From assembly GCA_951406725.2 (NCBI GenBank), contig OX597821.1:45322001-45386000 (forward strand): a DNA stretch of 64,000 nucleotides, read 5' to 3'. Positions 13,246 through 26,848 of the stretch are shown here, one piece after another (within the stretch, counting starts at the first letter, position 1; every line of letters begins with the position of its first letter). This stretch comes from Octopus vulgaris. Taxonomy: Eukaryota. The position numbers and the translations under genes are program-made. Under the pieces are notes generated by a model. It did not search any database, was not told the DNA's origin, and worked only from the letters and a program-made list of their open reading frames with translations.

Positions 13246-13293
<48 letters not shown>

Positions 13294-14524
13294 CATACAT
13301 ACATACACACATACATACACACGTATATATATATTTATATATACATATACATGTATATGTACATACATGTATACATATAATTACACACACACTACACACA
13401 CTCATACATGTGTGTGTATATGATTTGTGTGTATGTTATGAGAGAGAGGGAGAGAAAGAGAAAGAGGGAGGATTTGATTAAAACCATTACTATAACTTAT
13501 AAGCTTTCTAATCGAACCTGCTAATTTATTGTTGTTCTTAATCGATGGTGATATTAATATTGGTGGAGTGTGAAACCGAGGATATGAACTCAAAGCTCAG
13601 TTTTATGATTATATTAGATATGACTAGGCGTAAGATTAGAGAAACTCTCCTCTTTAATTCCGGATCTAATAATCATACAACACTCCACATAGGCCTCCTG
13701 CTATAAACAAATCTTTTCACGAGACATCGACTCTTGCATTCGGAGACGGAGTACAGCAGCAGCCTCAATGTTTAACTGAAATGTTATAAGCAATAGAGTA
13801 TAATTCAAGAATCGATTATCAACTCGGGTACAAATTTTGGAAGAGTGTTTAATCGATTCTATTACTTGGCTGATAATCTTTTAATGAACCCTGAGAGGGA
13901 TAACAAGCAAAGTCGTCATCGGTTGGTTTTGAACTCAGTTTATAAAGTGATATAACTGAATTCCATAAGATATTTAGTTAAGTATCTCACCGTTTCTGCC
14001 ACTCCCCTGTCCACGTTAGAAATTATTGAGAATATGCTTAGGATCCTGGAAACAATGGGACCAATAAGGCAGTGGGAAACATTTTCCCTGTCCCTGTAGA
14101 TAAATGTTTTCTTACTCAGATACACTTTTATTGATTTATTTTGTAAAAATTGTAACTGACTGAGTGACTGGGATCTGTGGATAACTGGTCATATCATGAT
14201 GCTGGCTCTGTATTATGTCTATGAGAAAGACACTAAAATTTTGAGAGCGCAGTTATTTTTGTATTAACTAGGAAACACAATATAATATATCATTACATTT
14301 CACTGTTGTGAGGAGCTGAAGCATTACATACTGGATGAGCACCTTATAAAGTTTCAGCACTGGGTTCAAATGCTATGAAGCCAAGCTAATTAAAGAATAT
14401 ATATATACTGCAGTTCATAGATTACACACTTTACGCACATCATAATGCATTTTACAAGATACCTTCATTATACATTTATCTTAATATTTACTATTAATTT
14501 CAAATTGTGGCAGAGCAATTTCTG

Positions 14525-14692
14525 GTAAGTCGATTACAACGACTCTAGTGATCAGCTGGTACTTATTTTATCGACCCTGGAAGGATAAAAGGCAAAGTTG
14601 ACTCCAGTGGCATTTGGAGTCAGATCGTTAAGACGGACAAAATGCTATTAAACACTTTGCCTGGCGTACTAGCGATTTTGTCAGCTCGCCGC
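14525..14692 (-). mobile_element. Family B SINE, degenerate; other decayed copies at about 13870-13945, 16782-16960(+), 17170-17290(+), 37060-37190(+), 44580-44700, 59740-59870, 62160-62310(+)
   Basis: CTGGTACTTATTTTATCGACCCTGGAAGGATAAAAGGCAAAGTTGAC...CAGCTCGCC. Confidence 0.7.
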
Positions 14693-14774
14693 GTTCCTAA
14701 TGTTTAGTATTATTGCGGTATTAAGAGTAGTGTATCTGCCATTATGCCTTTTGGATATTGAAGACATACTGTTT

Positions 14775-15150
14775 ATTTAGGACATACAAAGATGTACGAT
14801 ATAGAAAGATTTTGGACATACATTTAGGACATTGAGAGATATAAAACATACAGAGGTATAGAAAGACTTAAGATAAAGAGAAATTTAGAATATGGTGAAA
14901 TTTAGGATACATAGAGATTTAGAAAATACACAGATTTAGTATAAAGAGAAATTTAGGACATAAGAGATTTTGTACATAAATTCAGGACATAAAGAGAAGC
15001 TGGATATAAAGATTTAGGACATGGAAAGGATAAAGAGAGATATAGGATATGCAGAAAATTCGGATAAAGGGAGATTAAGGACATAAAGAGATTTAAGATA
15101 TCAAGAGAATTGGGACATACAAAATGAGGGGCGTAAAAAGATGTGGGATA
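14775..15150. repeat. Degenerate ~20-bp minisatellite, consensus about ATTTAGGACATAAAGAGAG
   Basis: TTTAGGACATA recurs at roughly 20-bp spacing. Confidence 0.75.
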
Positions 15151-18100
15151 TAGAGATCTTGATTGTGGTTGTTTACACCAAGGATAGGATGTTCGTTTGG
15201 AATATTAGTAATCTGATCTTACTGGTTATGAGTATGAACAATGTTCCCAGTACTAGCCCTTCGATGTAGTTACTTGATCTTGTTGCTGTTGCCATCTTAT
15301 CCCAGGTTAGCCATTACCGAGCAGACGTATAATCAAATGTGTTCCGTCGGTGACCGCCTAGTTCCCATTTTGTAAGGCACGAGGAAGATATCAGTGGTCT
15401 GCCTGCTATTTCTCTCAGGTATACCGTTGGTTTGTTTCATTAATTTATCTAGTTGCAAATGTGACTGATATAGATATAACAGAACGCTGGTCAACCTCGG
15501 TAAGTCGAATCCATGTTACCCACTTCATTTCACTTATTCCTCCTGATTATGATCACAGTCAATAAACTGGCAAAAAGAACAGGTGTTATCACAGTAGTTT
15601 GTTGTCCAAATGACAATGAACTATTTTGACAATGACCTCTGACCTCTGATCTTTAAAGAAGTTAATATGATATAAATTCTGTGAATTTTGTTCCGCTCTC
15701 TGCACTCTTAGTTGAAATCCCGACGAGATGAACTTAGTCTTTCATACATACAAGATCAATAAATAAAATAGCTGTCAAATACTTGGGACAGTTATTCTTT
15801 TTCATTGCTCTCCTCTTTATGGACTGGTTAAAAGAATCGCTAGGGTTCACTCAACATTCAGAAACGGAGAAGGGCTAAATAACCACTTCTCATAGAAAAA
15901 CAAAACTATTTTATAACTGAAACTGTACGGTAGGGGTCCAGAAAGAAAACAAAGAATATTAGAATATTTACATGTATGTGTGTGTGAATGTATGTATGTA
16001 TGTATGTATGTATGTATGTATGTATGTATGTATGTATGTATGTATGTATGTATGTATGCATGCCTCTCTCTCTCTCTCTCTATCTATCTATGTATGTGTG
16101 TGTTGTATGTTGTGTGTTGTGTGCTGTGTTGTGCTGCGTGTGTGTGTTTTGTGTTGTGTTGTATGTGTGTGTGTGTGTGTATATCAAGAAAAATGGGAAT
16201 GTAAAAGTCATCACGTAGAACATGACACCCCTCTCTTTTTATATTTAATCTTTGATATTCATATTTGAACTTGAAATACAATGCATGGCTTGAAGAAGCC
16301 GGTATGAATAATAGAATATTTTGCTTGAACAACCCTAGATTAATAATAGAGTATTATTGTTAATTTGGCAAAAATTCAGTTGGTTTATAGCTACTTATAC
16401 TTACCTATTATAACCTGGTTACTATCAGGAGATATGGATATGTTGTTAGAGATGAACCTAAAATTTGATGCAATGTTATTAAGGAGCAATAAAACCAGTT
16501 ACACATGTTGACTGAGATTAAGCCTAGGGAAGATTATTTCTGCTAATATATGTAATACTGTAGATAAATATATTTGTTTATACAGGTGTAGAAATATGTG
16601 GAAGAAAATAAACATATCAGTATCACATATAACTCAGTTTAAAAGATGTCAGATGTCTTTATAAAAGTTAAAATATTTTCAATTTCTCATAAAATTACGG
16701 TCTACAATATGGTCTTAAAATTCATTCATTTTGCTCAGATTTAGTTGCTAATAAATTGTTGATATTATTAATGAAACTAAAGCGGAGCTAGCAGAATTGG
16801 TTACATCTCGGGCAAAATGCTTAGCGGCATTTCGTCCTTCTTTCCGCTCTGAGTTCAAATTCTGCCTAGGTTGACTTTGCCTCCCATCCTTTCGGGGTCG
16901 ATAAAATATGTAATAATTGACTTGCCTCCTCCCCCGAAAATTGCTGACCTTGTGCCAAAATTTAAAGCCAATATTATTAATGAAAATTTATTAGGAGTGT
17001 CAATTATTTACCAGACTAGTCCATCATTGAAAATATTATTCACTTTGGTTTTACTAATATTGCTTAAGCTATTTGGTGATATGACCAGCTAAACACGTAC
17101 CCGAAATTTGAAATCTTGAATTTATTTTTTCTATTATGAACAGAATGAAAATGAGTCGGTAGATAAACCACTGGGCTAAATATTTGACAGTATTTACTTT
17201 CAATCCTATGAATCTAAATTCAAAACGTGATCAATATCAACTTATCCCTCCTGGATCGATAAAATTAATACCAGAAATATGCTGACAACTAGAGTTTTGT
17301 GTCAAATGAAAATAAATTTATTGTTTCTGTCTACAGAGACAATAGTGTCATTTATTTTGAGTAAACATTCAGTTGCTTCAAAGGAGGCGAGTCAATCGGA
17401 GTAAACCCAGTGTATTACTGGTACTTCTTTTGTTTCGCCGAAATCGGAGTGATGGGAATCGGAGTTTGGTTGAATTCGAACGCAAGACATAGAGGTATAA
17501 AAATAAATAATACAAAGCAAATATTTTTGCTCCCTATCTTTATTGCCACCTTCTTATTTGAGCTAATGATGTATAGCAGCCCGAACGTCTAGAAATAGCC
17601 AACAAATATTCCTCAATTTGACACCCTATATTCTTGGATAATGAAAAGACATGGAATAAAGTGCTGTCCCAGATATACTTCTACAAACGGAGTGGCCACA
17701 GTTGGAATGCCTCTCAGTGCTTACCTGGGGTTAAACGACACCAACAACAATTCATTGTATGTATGAGAGCGCCTCTATGTTGTAGCTTAAACTGTTAAAA
17801 ATAACTCCTTGAAATCACAGTTTTATGGAAAGAACACATTGAATATTACACTAATGTACATTATGCCTGAAAAAAATGATTGGACTAGAAATGATTAATG
17901 GTATACTGATCGACCTGGGATTTAAATCGTTCTTTCTTTGCAACCATTTATCATATAACCATGGCTTCTTCTAAGATATTAGCAATACATAGCAACTATG
18001 GTTTCATTCAAGTTGCTAACAACACATATGGGAACTGCGGTTTCAGTTAAATCGGTAACGGCATATCTATCATATAATAACTGTGGCCTGATTTAAGTTG

Positions 18101-18778
18101 ATAACAACATCGTATAGCAACAGTGGTTTCTGTTCAACTTACTACAACACTCAGAAAAATAAACAAGACAAACCACAGTGGTTTAGTTTAGCCAGTTGTG
18201 TATATTTGTTATGACACGATTCACCCAGCTGCCAAGTTATTTTCTGTTAAAATTATATTATCGATGAATCAATTTAGCCTTACTTTCAGGAAGAGCTTTT
18301 CCATTTATGATCACTTGCTCTATACAGACATCTAAGAAGATAAAGCTCCCATCATACACGATATTAATATCAGGACGCTGACGAACAATCTTATAGCTAT
18401 CGATTTAACACTGCTATCCATGAACCATCTCAATATTTTATTCTCCTTCTTATGAAACTTGCTGAATTTTAAAAATAACCTCGTAATTTCTGAGATAGAC
18501 ACCTCCACCTTACAATGCTTCTCTCATATTTCAGTTTGGGATTTGGTTTGTTTATTGTTTCCTTTTTCCATATTCAAAAGTGATTCTGGATTTCCATTGA
18601 AATACAATATTGATTGCTTTTACAAGGTAAAGAATAACAATTAAGGAGTAAGGCATATTAAGTTAAATTTCTCTAAATATTATAGGCACTGCTGTTCTCA
18701 TGTTGACCGTAGTGAAATTTGATCTCGGAAATGAAAGGGACACCGTAAATACTGATATCCATCTTTATATATGAGATA

Positions 18779-18913
18779 GTATAATATAATATAATATAAT
18801 ATAATATAATATAATATAATATAATATAATATAATATAATAATACAATATAATATAATATAATATAATATAATATAATATAATATAATATACTATAATAT
18901 AATATAATATAAT
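18779..18913. repeat. (AATAT)n microsatellite
   Basis: Directly visible. Confidence 0.95.
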
Positions 18914-19101
18914 ACACACACACACACACATATATATATACATATATACACATATACAAAAATATATGCTGAAGCTAAAATCTATAAGCCAAGAGATAAC
19001 ATCTACGGGTTACTCACTCTTTTTAAGTAGCAGCCAAACTGCCCTCAAACTCACAAAATGCAGTTAAAAATAAAGAAAAATAGTAAATTTAATTCACGAT
19101 A

Positions 19102-19262
19102 GGCGCAGGTGTGACTGTGTAATAAGAAGATTGCTTCCCAATCACATAGTACTGGGTTCAGTCCCACTGTGTGGCACCTTCGGCAAGTGTCTTCTACTAT
19201 ATAGCCTCGGTCCGGCCAAAACCTTGTGAATGGATTTGGTAGACGGAAGCTGAAAGAAGCCA
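19102..19262 (+). mobile_element. Family A SINE 5' half, followed after a microsatellite by a minus-strand family A tail at 19364-19470
   Basis: GGCGCAGGTGTGACTGTGT...GGTTCAGTCCCACTG...GAAAGAAGCC. Confidence 0.8.
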
Positions 19263-19998
19263 GTTTAATATATATATATATATATATGTATGTATGTGTG
19301 TATGTATGTATGTATGTATGTATGTATGTATGTATGTATGTATGTATGTATGTATGTATGTATATTCTTTTACTTGTTTCAGTCATTTGACTGGGGCCAT
19401 GCTAGAGCACCCCTTTAGTCGAACAAATCTACCACAAGACTTATTCTTCGTAAGCCTAGTACTATTCTATCGTTTTTTTTAGTTAGGTGTATATGGATAT
19501 TACAAAACCTCGCTGTAGGTTAAACAATAATGTAAATGGACCGTTCTACCGCTCTTCAGAGAAGACGCGCCCAGATCCTTTCACTAGCCAATAGCATAGA
19601 ACATTCAACTTGTACATAAAGTAGTCATGAATTAGGACTGCACGTTAGTGTGCAGCCTGATTTGCATATTTCTGCTTATGATGTCTCGTCATTAATTGAA
19701 GAATATTTGTTTATGCCCAATATAGTGTAAATGAGGAGAATGTCAATAAATTTAAACATCAAAGCCGCGCTGTTATCGAAAAAAGAATGCAAACATATTA
19801 TTTTCAAGCTGAGTGCTGGTTCATCATGGGACTCCCCGGCCTCTTTTTATCTGCGCCACAAAAACGCAGAAAGAATATGCTTGCATTCTTACTTCACATA
19901 CAGGAAGGCTTTGCAACATTTAACTTTATTTTAGTTCTTTTGAATCACGGTGTGTTGTTTGCTTCTGTGTGTGTGTGCATTTGTGTGTATTATGTGTG

Positions 19999-20035
<37 letters not shown>

Positions 20036-20686
20036 CGTAGATCATGGTCAGAATTTTTGACCACAACTTTTCAGATGATTGAATCAACTGAATTACCAAA
20101 TAGCTGCATAGACAATTCCCAGAAGCTAGCAGTCATTTCTAAACACCATTTGAATAAAGTAAACAGCTTGAATACATTTTACAGTTTTTGAAATCAATTC
20201 CGTTGTTATTATCAACGTTACTTTCTTATTGTCTTCTGTTGAATTTCCATTAACTCCAGTTTTTGTTATAATACCAAGATCGTTTGCAGTGAGTGTGTGT
20301 GCGTGCGTGCGTATGTGTGCATGTGTAGTATGTGCGTGTGTCTGTGTGTGCGTGCGTATGTGCGTGTTTAGTGTGTGTGCATGCATGTAGGTGTATGTAT
20401 GTGTGTATATATCTATATCTATACACACATACACACACACATACACACACATTCAGGTAGATTAATTCGTCCAAGAATAACTTCTGTCTCCATTTATAGA
20501 TTCCAACATTCATATTTCTTGTTATTACGTTGATGATAATAAAATAGATTCTTTCAGTCCTTTGTGCTATAGCTTTTCTACACAAAAAAATGGAAAAGAT
20601 AAAAAAAATTACCGCCATTACGTTCTTATTGTATTGTCATTTTTAGTATAGATAATATATATATATATATATATACAATATATACA

Positions 20687-20718
<32 letters not shown>

Positions 20719-20739
20719 CATATATACATACATATATAA

Positions 20740-20836
<97 letters not shown>

Positions 20837-21200
20837 CGTGCGTGTGCGCGCGTGTGTGCATGAGTGTGTATGTGCATGTATGTAAGTGCATATCGGTCTC
20901 TTTCTCTTTTCCTCCCTTTCTCACTTTCTGCATGCTCACATATATAATATGCATTAGTGTATAGGTTTATAAATCTGCGTGCATATAATGTGTATGTGTG
21001 TGTGTGCCCGTATGTAAACTCGTGTAGGGATGTTTTTATGTACATGTTGGATTTATTTGTGTGTGTGTGTGTGTGTGTGTGTGTACGCGCGCTTGAATTA
21101 TGTATGGGTGTACGTGTTAGTGTATGTAATTCATCGGATTATTTAAAGAAAATCATAAATGGTAGCTGTTCGAATATATTTAAGTGATGCATATAATATT

Positions 21201-21288
<88 letters not shown>

Positions 21289-21899
21289 CTATAGCAGTTT
21301 ATAGTAGTGATTGACATAGAAATACTGCAAGTGTCAAACTGATATGTTATCATTTCTGGAGAAAGAAAGCATCAATATATTGTATGGCGTTTCTCTGAAG
21401 GGAAAGATTGATTAAGATGAAACCGCTGTTGCTAATAAAGTGGGTTGACATATTTTAGGATTTGTGAGAATCTTACAGAAAGCAGGAGAATTCCTCACGA
21501 CAATTATTCCCCACCCCGATCTTAGGTCAGATATTTTCTTAGCCTAGTTGCTATGCTTGACCGTAGTTCACATAAATATGTTGTTTAACCTTATGACATC
21601 ATTGGTTCAGTACACCTATAACGAATGGCATTCCAACCATAATCATCCGGGTATTCTGGTGGAGTAGTGCACCTCAGACTATAGAAGTGTTTTTCCTATT
21701 TTAAAAATTTTTAGGTTCAGTTTGAGGGTGACATGGATGCTGCTTCGAGTAGGTCTAATGACCATTTAAAAATATTTCCTGAGTAAGAAGTTTGAATTCA
21801 GGAAATACTTAATTTATTTGTCAGTGACCATCACAGTGTTAGATAGGTGAGCAGATTGACAATAGATCTAGCATTAAGGAATCTATAGCAATGGTTGAT

Positions 21900-21972
<73 letters not shown>

Positions 21973-22616
21973 GAAGGGTGTACTTGACACAGAATTAAAG
22001 AAATCAGATAAAATATCGTTGGTATAACTGACGACAAAGATATTGGCTTTCACAACAAACTTATTGCTGTTAACAGAGTCTTCTCGATTGAAGGATAATT
22101 GACTTAATCGATAGAGATGTCTTTGGCAAGGTACTATAACATATGCCTTCAGTGGGGCGAGGTTTTAAACAAAAGTTTCCTTTATTTCCTAAAGATCACT
22201 TTGTAGCTATCATAAATTGTGACATTATCTTGTCGCAATTGCTAATAACTATAATAGATTGATAAGTTCAGTTTCTGGAAATATTTGATTATTTCTCAGT
22301 GATGTATTTCTTACAAGACTATCTTGGCGTTTGTATTTTCGGTTTGGAGCTATTGAATATAAAAGTGGAGTATGGATATCATTGTAAATAGCAAGTACAG
22401 ACACGCGCTGGGTTTAAAAGGTAGATATGAACATATCAGGTAAAAAAGGAACAATGTACCATTGATCATAAATGTGTTCCTTTTATTGTCGAAAGTGAAA
22501 GATTCTTCAGGTTTATCTGCAAAGAATTACAAAGAAATTGGTGAATTGATTAATAAGTAATTGTCAGACTCGAATGTCTAGTGAGAACAATGCAACAGTA
22601 GTTTTAGTATATTTTA

Positions 22617-22755
22617 TGAGTGGATGATCGTCATAAAGCAGTAGTTACATCTAGATTTTCAAGGAAATAATTCAATAAAGCTATAAAGGAGTTGCTACCA
22701 AGGCTGGGGATTTGGGATTGGCAATCGGAGATATAAATGTAAAAAGATGTGACGT
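22617..22755. repeat. Left arm of a 139-bp inverted repeat (right arm 25141-25279)
   Basis: TGAGTGGATGATCGTCA...AGATGTGACGT is the reverse complement of ACGTCACATCT...TGACGATCATCCACTCA, with scattered mismatches. Confidence 0.85.
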
Positions 22756-23174
22756 GACTGTTAGAATTGCGTACTCTTCGTTTCAGCTTTTGATGTATTC
22801 ATATTATTAGAAGGGGACAGCAAGGCAAAGTCATCGTTAACTCATATAATTGGTAAACTTAGTGATCTCAACACGGGAAGCAGATTATAAAAACATTTAT
22901 TTACACTCAGTTTTGAAAAGTAATAGAGAGAACATATAATTTTGGGGAATAACTGGGTACAAATTGAATTTCATCCTGTTTTAGTGATTTTTTTTCAAAA
23001 AATATTATTTATCTAATTGGATTACCTAAGTTGAAGTACGTAGTGCATTTATATAATTTTTGGTGATTTATGTCTAAATATTTATCTGTGTGAATTACAT
23101 AGATGAATACGCGGACTGGATTATGCACAATTTTAGAGGATATATTTATGATGAATGTCAACAAAATATTTGTG

Positions 23175-23221
<47 letters not shown>

Positions 23222-23322
23222 ATGTGTGTGTGTGTGTGTGCGCGTGTGTGTGTGTGTGGGTGTGTGTGTGGGTGTGTGTGTTTGTGTGTGTGTGTCTGTG
23301 TGTGTGTGTGTTTGTGGGTGCA

Positions 23323-24822
23323 TGTATAAATTAGAAAAAAACACCTTTTATCAATTCAACAATGAAATAACAATGATATAATTAAATTATACCATATAGA
23401 AAAAGATTAAATATACGATAAAAACTTATACCAATAATTAAGTAATGTACAAAATAAAAAATATATAATTGGTAAAACGACTACACGTGTTTCGTGACTA
23501 TATTTTAAATATAGTCACTCTTCAGGTCCAAGATAAAAACAATAAAATAATTAAATAAATAAATCTTGTAAGAAAATATAAATAAATATAAAAATACGTA
23601 ATTTTACAATAAAAATCAAACAAAATACAATAATATATCATAAAATATAAGCACGAAATATCTTAACAAATATATCCTGGCATCAATAAAACTAGAATAA
23701 ATAGGTATAAATATTCATTATATCAATGGAAATATATTTTAACTTATATAAGAAAAGAAAACAAACTATAATATATCATTGCTAGAAAATTAAAATACAA
23801 ATAATTTAAATATTTAAAACAAAATGACTGAAACAATTAAAAAAAGAAAAAAAAAAGATATATATATATATATATAAAATACAAAATATACATTAAGTGA
23901 AAACTAAAATGCTATGATTTAATCTATATACATTAAATTAAATTAAATTATTAATTAATTAATTTATTTAATAAACATCTAAGTTAAATATTATTCTAAT
24001 TAAGTAATATATACTAAAAAAACTTCATTTTAAGTTATATGCATGCTACTAGTACAAACTATGACTCCTAGAATTAAAAATAGAAAATAGTTCAAATTAT
24101 TTTAACTTACTATATTGTTAATTTATATATAGTATATATATATTTAATATTGCACTCACTTATAGAATTGGCCAAAATATCAATTAATATTAAAAGTATT
24201 TACTTAAATGTAATACTACGTAACAAATAAACCTCCTAACTATTAGATAATATATTGTCTCACAAAACTATTTCACAAAGTAAATTATATGTAATACATT
24301 AAATCACATTATAAAAATAATAATAAAAATAATAATTAAATAGATATATGTATCGTAACTAACAATTATCATGAAACTATATATAAACTAACATTTTAAC
24401 AATAATAATCAAACATAATACAACTCAAAAATTAAATAATATTGCTAAATAAATACGTTACTTAACTTATCGATGAACATTTTATAACGTAAAAACGTAT
24501 AAATGTAGGCCTTAGCGTTTATAAGAAATTAAACTCGCGAAGACGTTGTGTAAAAAGATAGAATAAATGTATTAATGAAAAGTACGAAATATATTTATTA
24601 ATGAAAATGACGAAAAATATTTAAGCTTCTAGGATCAAAGAATAAGAGAACAACAAAACTATAAATGACTATTTATTATAAATTTAAAGTCCAAATAATT
24701 ATTGCGTAAAATATACATATTATATTAAATTAATTTTTATTACTATTTAATAGATCTTAATAAATTTATATAATCATTTATATATTAAAAAATATCCAAG
24801 TTCAAAATTATTCAAATTTAAT
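23323..24822 (-). mobile_element. Very AT-rich ~1.5-kb non-coding insert between microsatellites, with a hammerhead about 150 nt from its 3' end (PLE-derived)
   Basis: Sharp compositional shift, bounded by (TG)n and (TA)n. Hammerhead at 23479-23528. Confidence 0.55.
23479..23528 (-). ncRNA. Minimal type I hammerhead ribozyme
   Basis: Reverse complement: GAC [CTGAAGA] GTGACTATAT-TTAAA-ATATAGTCAC [GAAA] CACGTG TA^ GTC. Helix II is a perfect 10 bp and helix III is palindromic. Confidence 0.85.
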
Positions 24823-24843
24823 ATATATATATATATATATATA

Positions 24844-25078
24844 CCGGAGTAAACACATAAATGTGAAACAAGGTGGAAAAAAGAGTACTCAAATACCAGT
24901 GGTAGAGTAATATGCTTTATTTTAAGCAGCAGAAAATTCAACAAAATCTGTTACTCTGAGTTTCTCGTTGCCGTTCATCAGACAGTTTTTGCTAAAGTTC
25001 CATTCTAGCAAAAACTGTCTGATGAACGGCAACGAGAAACTCAGAGTAACAGATTTTGTTGAATTTTCTGCTGCTTAA

Positions 25079-25083
<5 letters not shown>
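24844..25083. mobile_element. Hammerhead-bearing fold-back mini-element, family HB: perfect 78-bp arms 24917-24994 and 25006-25083, in (TA)n
   Basis: Arms are exact reverse complements around an 11-nt spacer. The leader GTACTCAA(A)TAC...AGAGTAA...TTTATTTT is shared with 31750-31970. Confidence 0.85.
25007..25060 (+). ncRNA. Type I hammerhead ribozyme, mirrored on the minus strand at about 24940-24993
   Basis: AGCAAAAA-CTGT [CTGATGA 25019-25] ACG-GCAA-CGA [GAAA 25036-39] CTC-A-GAG TA^ ACAG-ATTTTGTT. Predicted GUA cut after 25048. Confidence 0.8.
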
Positions 25084-25137
<54 letters not shown>

Positions 25138-25674
25138 ATTACGTCACATCTTTTCACATTTATATCTCCGATTGCCAATCCCAAATCCCCAAGTTTGGTA
25201 ACGACTCCTTTATAGCTTTATTGAATTATTCCCTTGAAAATCTAGATGTAACTACTGCCTTGTGACGATCATCCACTCACAAGGAGCTAAACATGGCGAT
25301 TTGCACTTTTACATGAATATTGAATCTGAATATATACAAGAGGAGGCCAGTTAGGTCAATTTCAGAAAACAAATTTTATTTATATGTAGAAAGTGAAGAC
25401 TGTGGGGAAAATGGTGCTATTTACACAATTTACTTGATTCTAAATTGGTTTGACAAAGGTCAAGATCTGAGAAGAATTGAAAAATGATAGAAATAAGCAG
25501 CAACAACAGCAACAACAATAGAAGAAAAGTATTAGTTTAAATTACTAAATTATCCATTATAAAGATTCCATAAAATATTATAAACATATATACATAGAAA
25601 CATGCTTGCATACACGTATAAACCAATAAATAAGCACGTGTATGAGTGTATGTATGCATGTATGTATATGTATA

Positions 25675-25779
<105 letters not shown>

Positions 25780-25969
25780 CATATATATATATATATATAT
25801 ATGAAGTAGCTACGAATATTACTTGTCAGCACAACTACTGCGTTGATCTCTTAGGGAGCGTTTATAAATAACATCTTTGCTTGTTGCAAAATCAACGACT
25901 GTGTGTTCGCTTGGAATATATATATTGCGAGCAGAGGCGCGCTACTGCCATTTCTAGCAGACGTGATCT

Positions 25970-26020
25970 CCAGTACTGAAGAGTGGTAGAAATAGCCCGA
26001 AACCATGTCTGGTCTAATGG
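25970..26020 (+). ncRNA. Type I hammerhead ribozyme at the apex of a long hairpin
   Basis: CCAGTA [CTGAAGA 25976-82] GTGGTA-GAAA-TAGCCC [GAAA 25999-26002] CCA-TGTC-TGG TC^ TAATGG. Predicted GUC cut after 26014; helix II has two mismatches. Confidence 0.75.
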
Positions 26021-26215
26021 TCCCGTCGCTAGAACGTGGTAGGAGTTCACGCCCCTGCTCGCAATTTATCGAATGCAGGTTTGCATCGTTAACCAGCTAG
26101 AGGAGATGTCCTCTTGGGGTTAAAAAATTGCAGTAGAATCTGTTCGAACGGACAGCCATGATGAATTGATTACGACACAAGCTTTTGTTTCTTTCTCTGT
26201 TTATTTTCTCTTATT

Positions 26216-26253
26216 TCTTTCTGTTGAAGAGTGTCAGCTCGAAACGTAAAAGA
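26216..26253 (+). ncRNA. Variant minimal hammerhead with CUGUUGA core
   Basis: TCTTT [CTGTTGA] A-GAG-TGTCAG-CTC [GAAA] CG TA^ AAAGA. Helix I is a perfect 5 bp; the core deviates from CUGANGA. Confidence 0.45.
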
Positions 26254-26358
26254 CTTTCTCACTTTCCCGAGCGTCAAACTAACACACCTGCTTGTTGTTC
26301 ATACACTGTCTTCGTCATTTGTTTTTCTGTAAAATTTCAACTATATATACATATGCAT

Positions 26359-26425
<67 letters not shown>

Positions 26426-26427
<2 letters not shown>

Positions 26428-26587
26428 TGCAGGAGTGGATATGCGGTAAGTAGCTTGCTTAGCAACCACATAACACCGGGTTCAGTCCCACTGCGTGGCA
26501 CCTTGGGCAAGTGTCTTCTACTATAACCTCGGGCCGACCAAAGCCTTGCAAGTGGATTTGGTAGACGGAAATGGAAAGAAGCCCGTC

Positions 26588-26634
<47 letters not shown>

Positions 26635-26806
26635 GTAACCGATGTTGATGTGTTTACGTCTTCGTAACTTAGCGGTTCGGTAAAAGCGAACGATAGAATA
26701 AGCATTAGGCTTACAAAGAATTAGTCCTGGGGTCGATTTGTTCGATTAAAGGCGGTGCTCCAGCATGGCTGCAGTCAAATTACTGAAAAATAAAAAGATA
26801 AAAGAA
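26426..26806 (+). mobile_element. Family A SINE
   Basis: Same head, CCTTGGGCAAGTG centre and tail as 742-1168. Confidence 0.9.
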
Positions 26807-26848
26807 TATATATATTTATATATATATACACACACACACACACATACC

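Larger units (their letters stand above)
25803..26343 (+). mobile_element. Non-coding ~540-bp insert in (TA)n with a rod-like hairpin and two hammerhead motifs
   Basis: (TA)n on both sides, hairpin 25924-26065, hammerhead motifs at 25970-26020 and 26216-26253. Confidence 0.65.

Noticed and set aside
14775-15150. Regularly spaced repeats as a CRISPR array
   Set aside because: The units are contiguous and degenerate, with no unique spacers.
17589-17600. CTAGAAATAGC matching the Cas9 sgRNA scaffold tetraloop
   Set aside because: No flanking scaffold sequence and no cas genes. It is a short motif within eukaryotic repeats.
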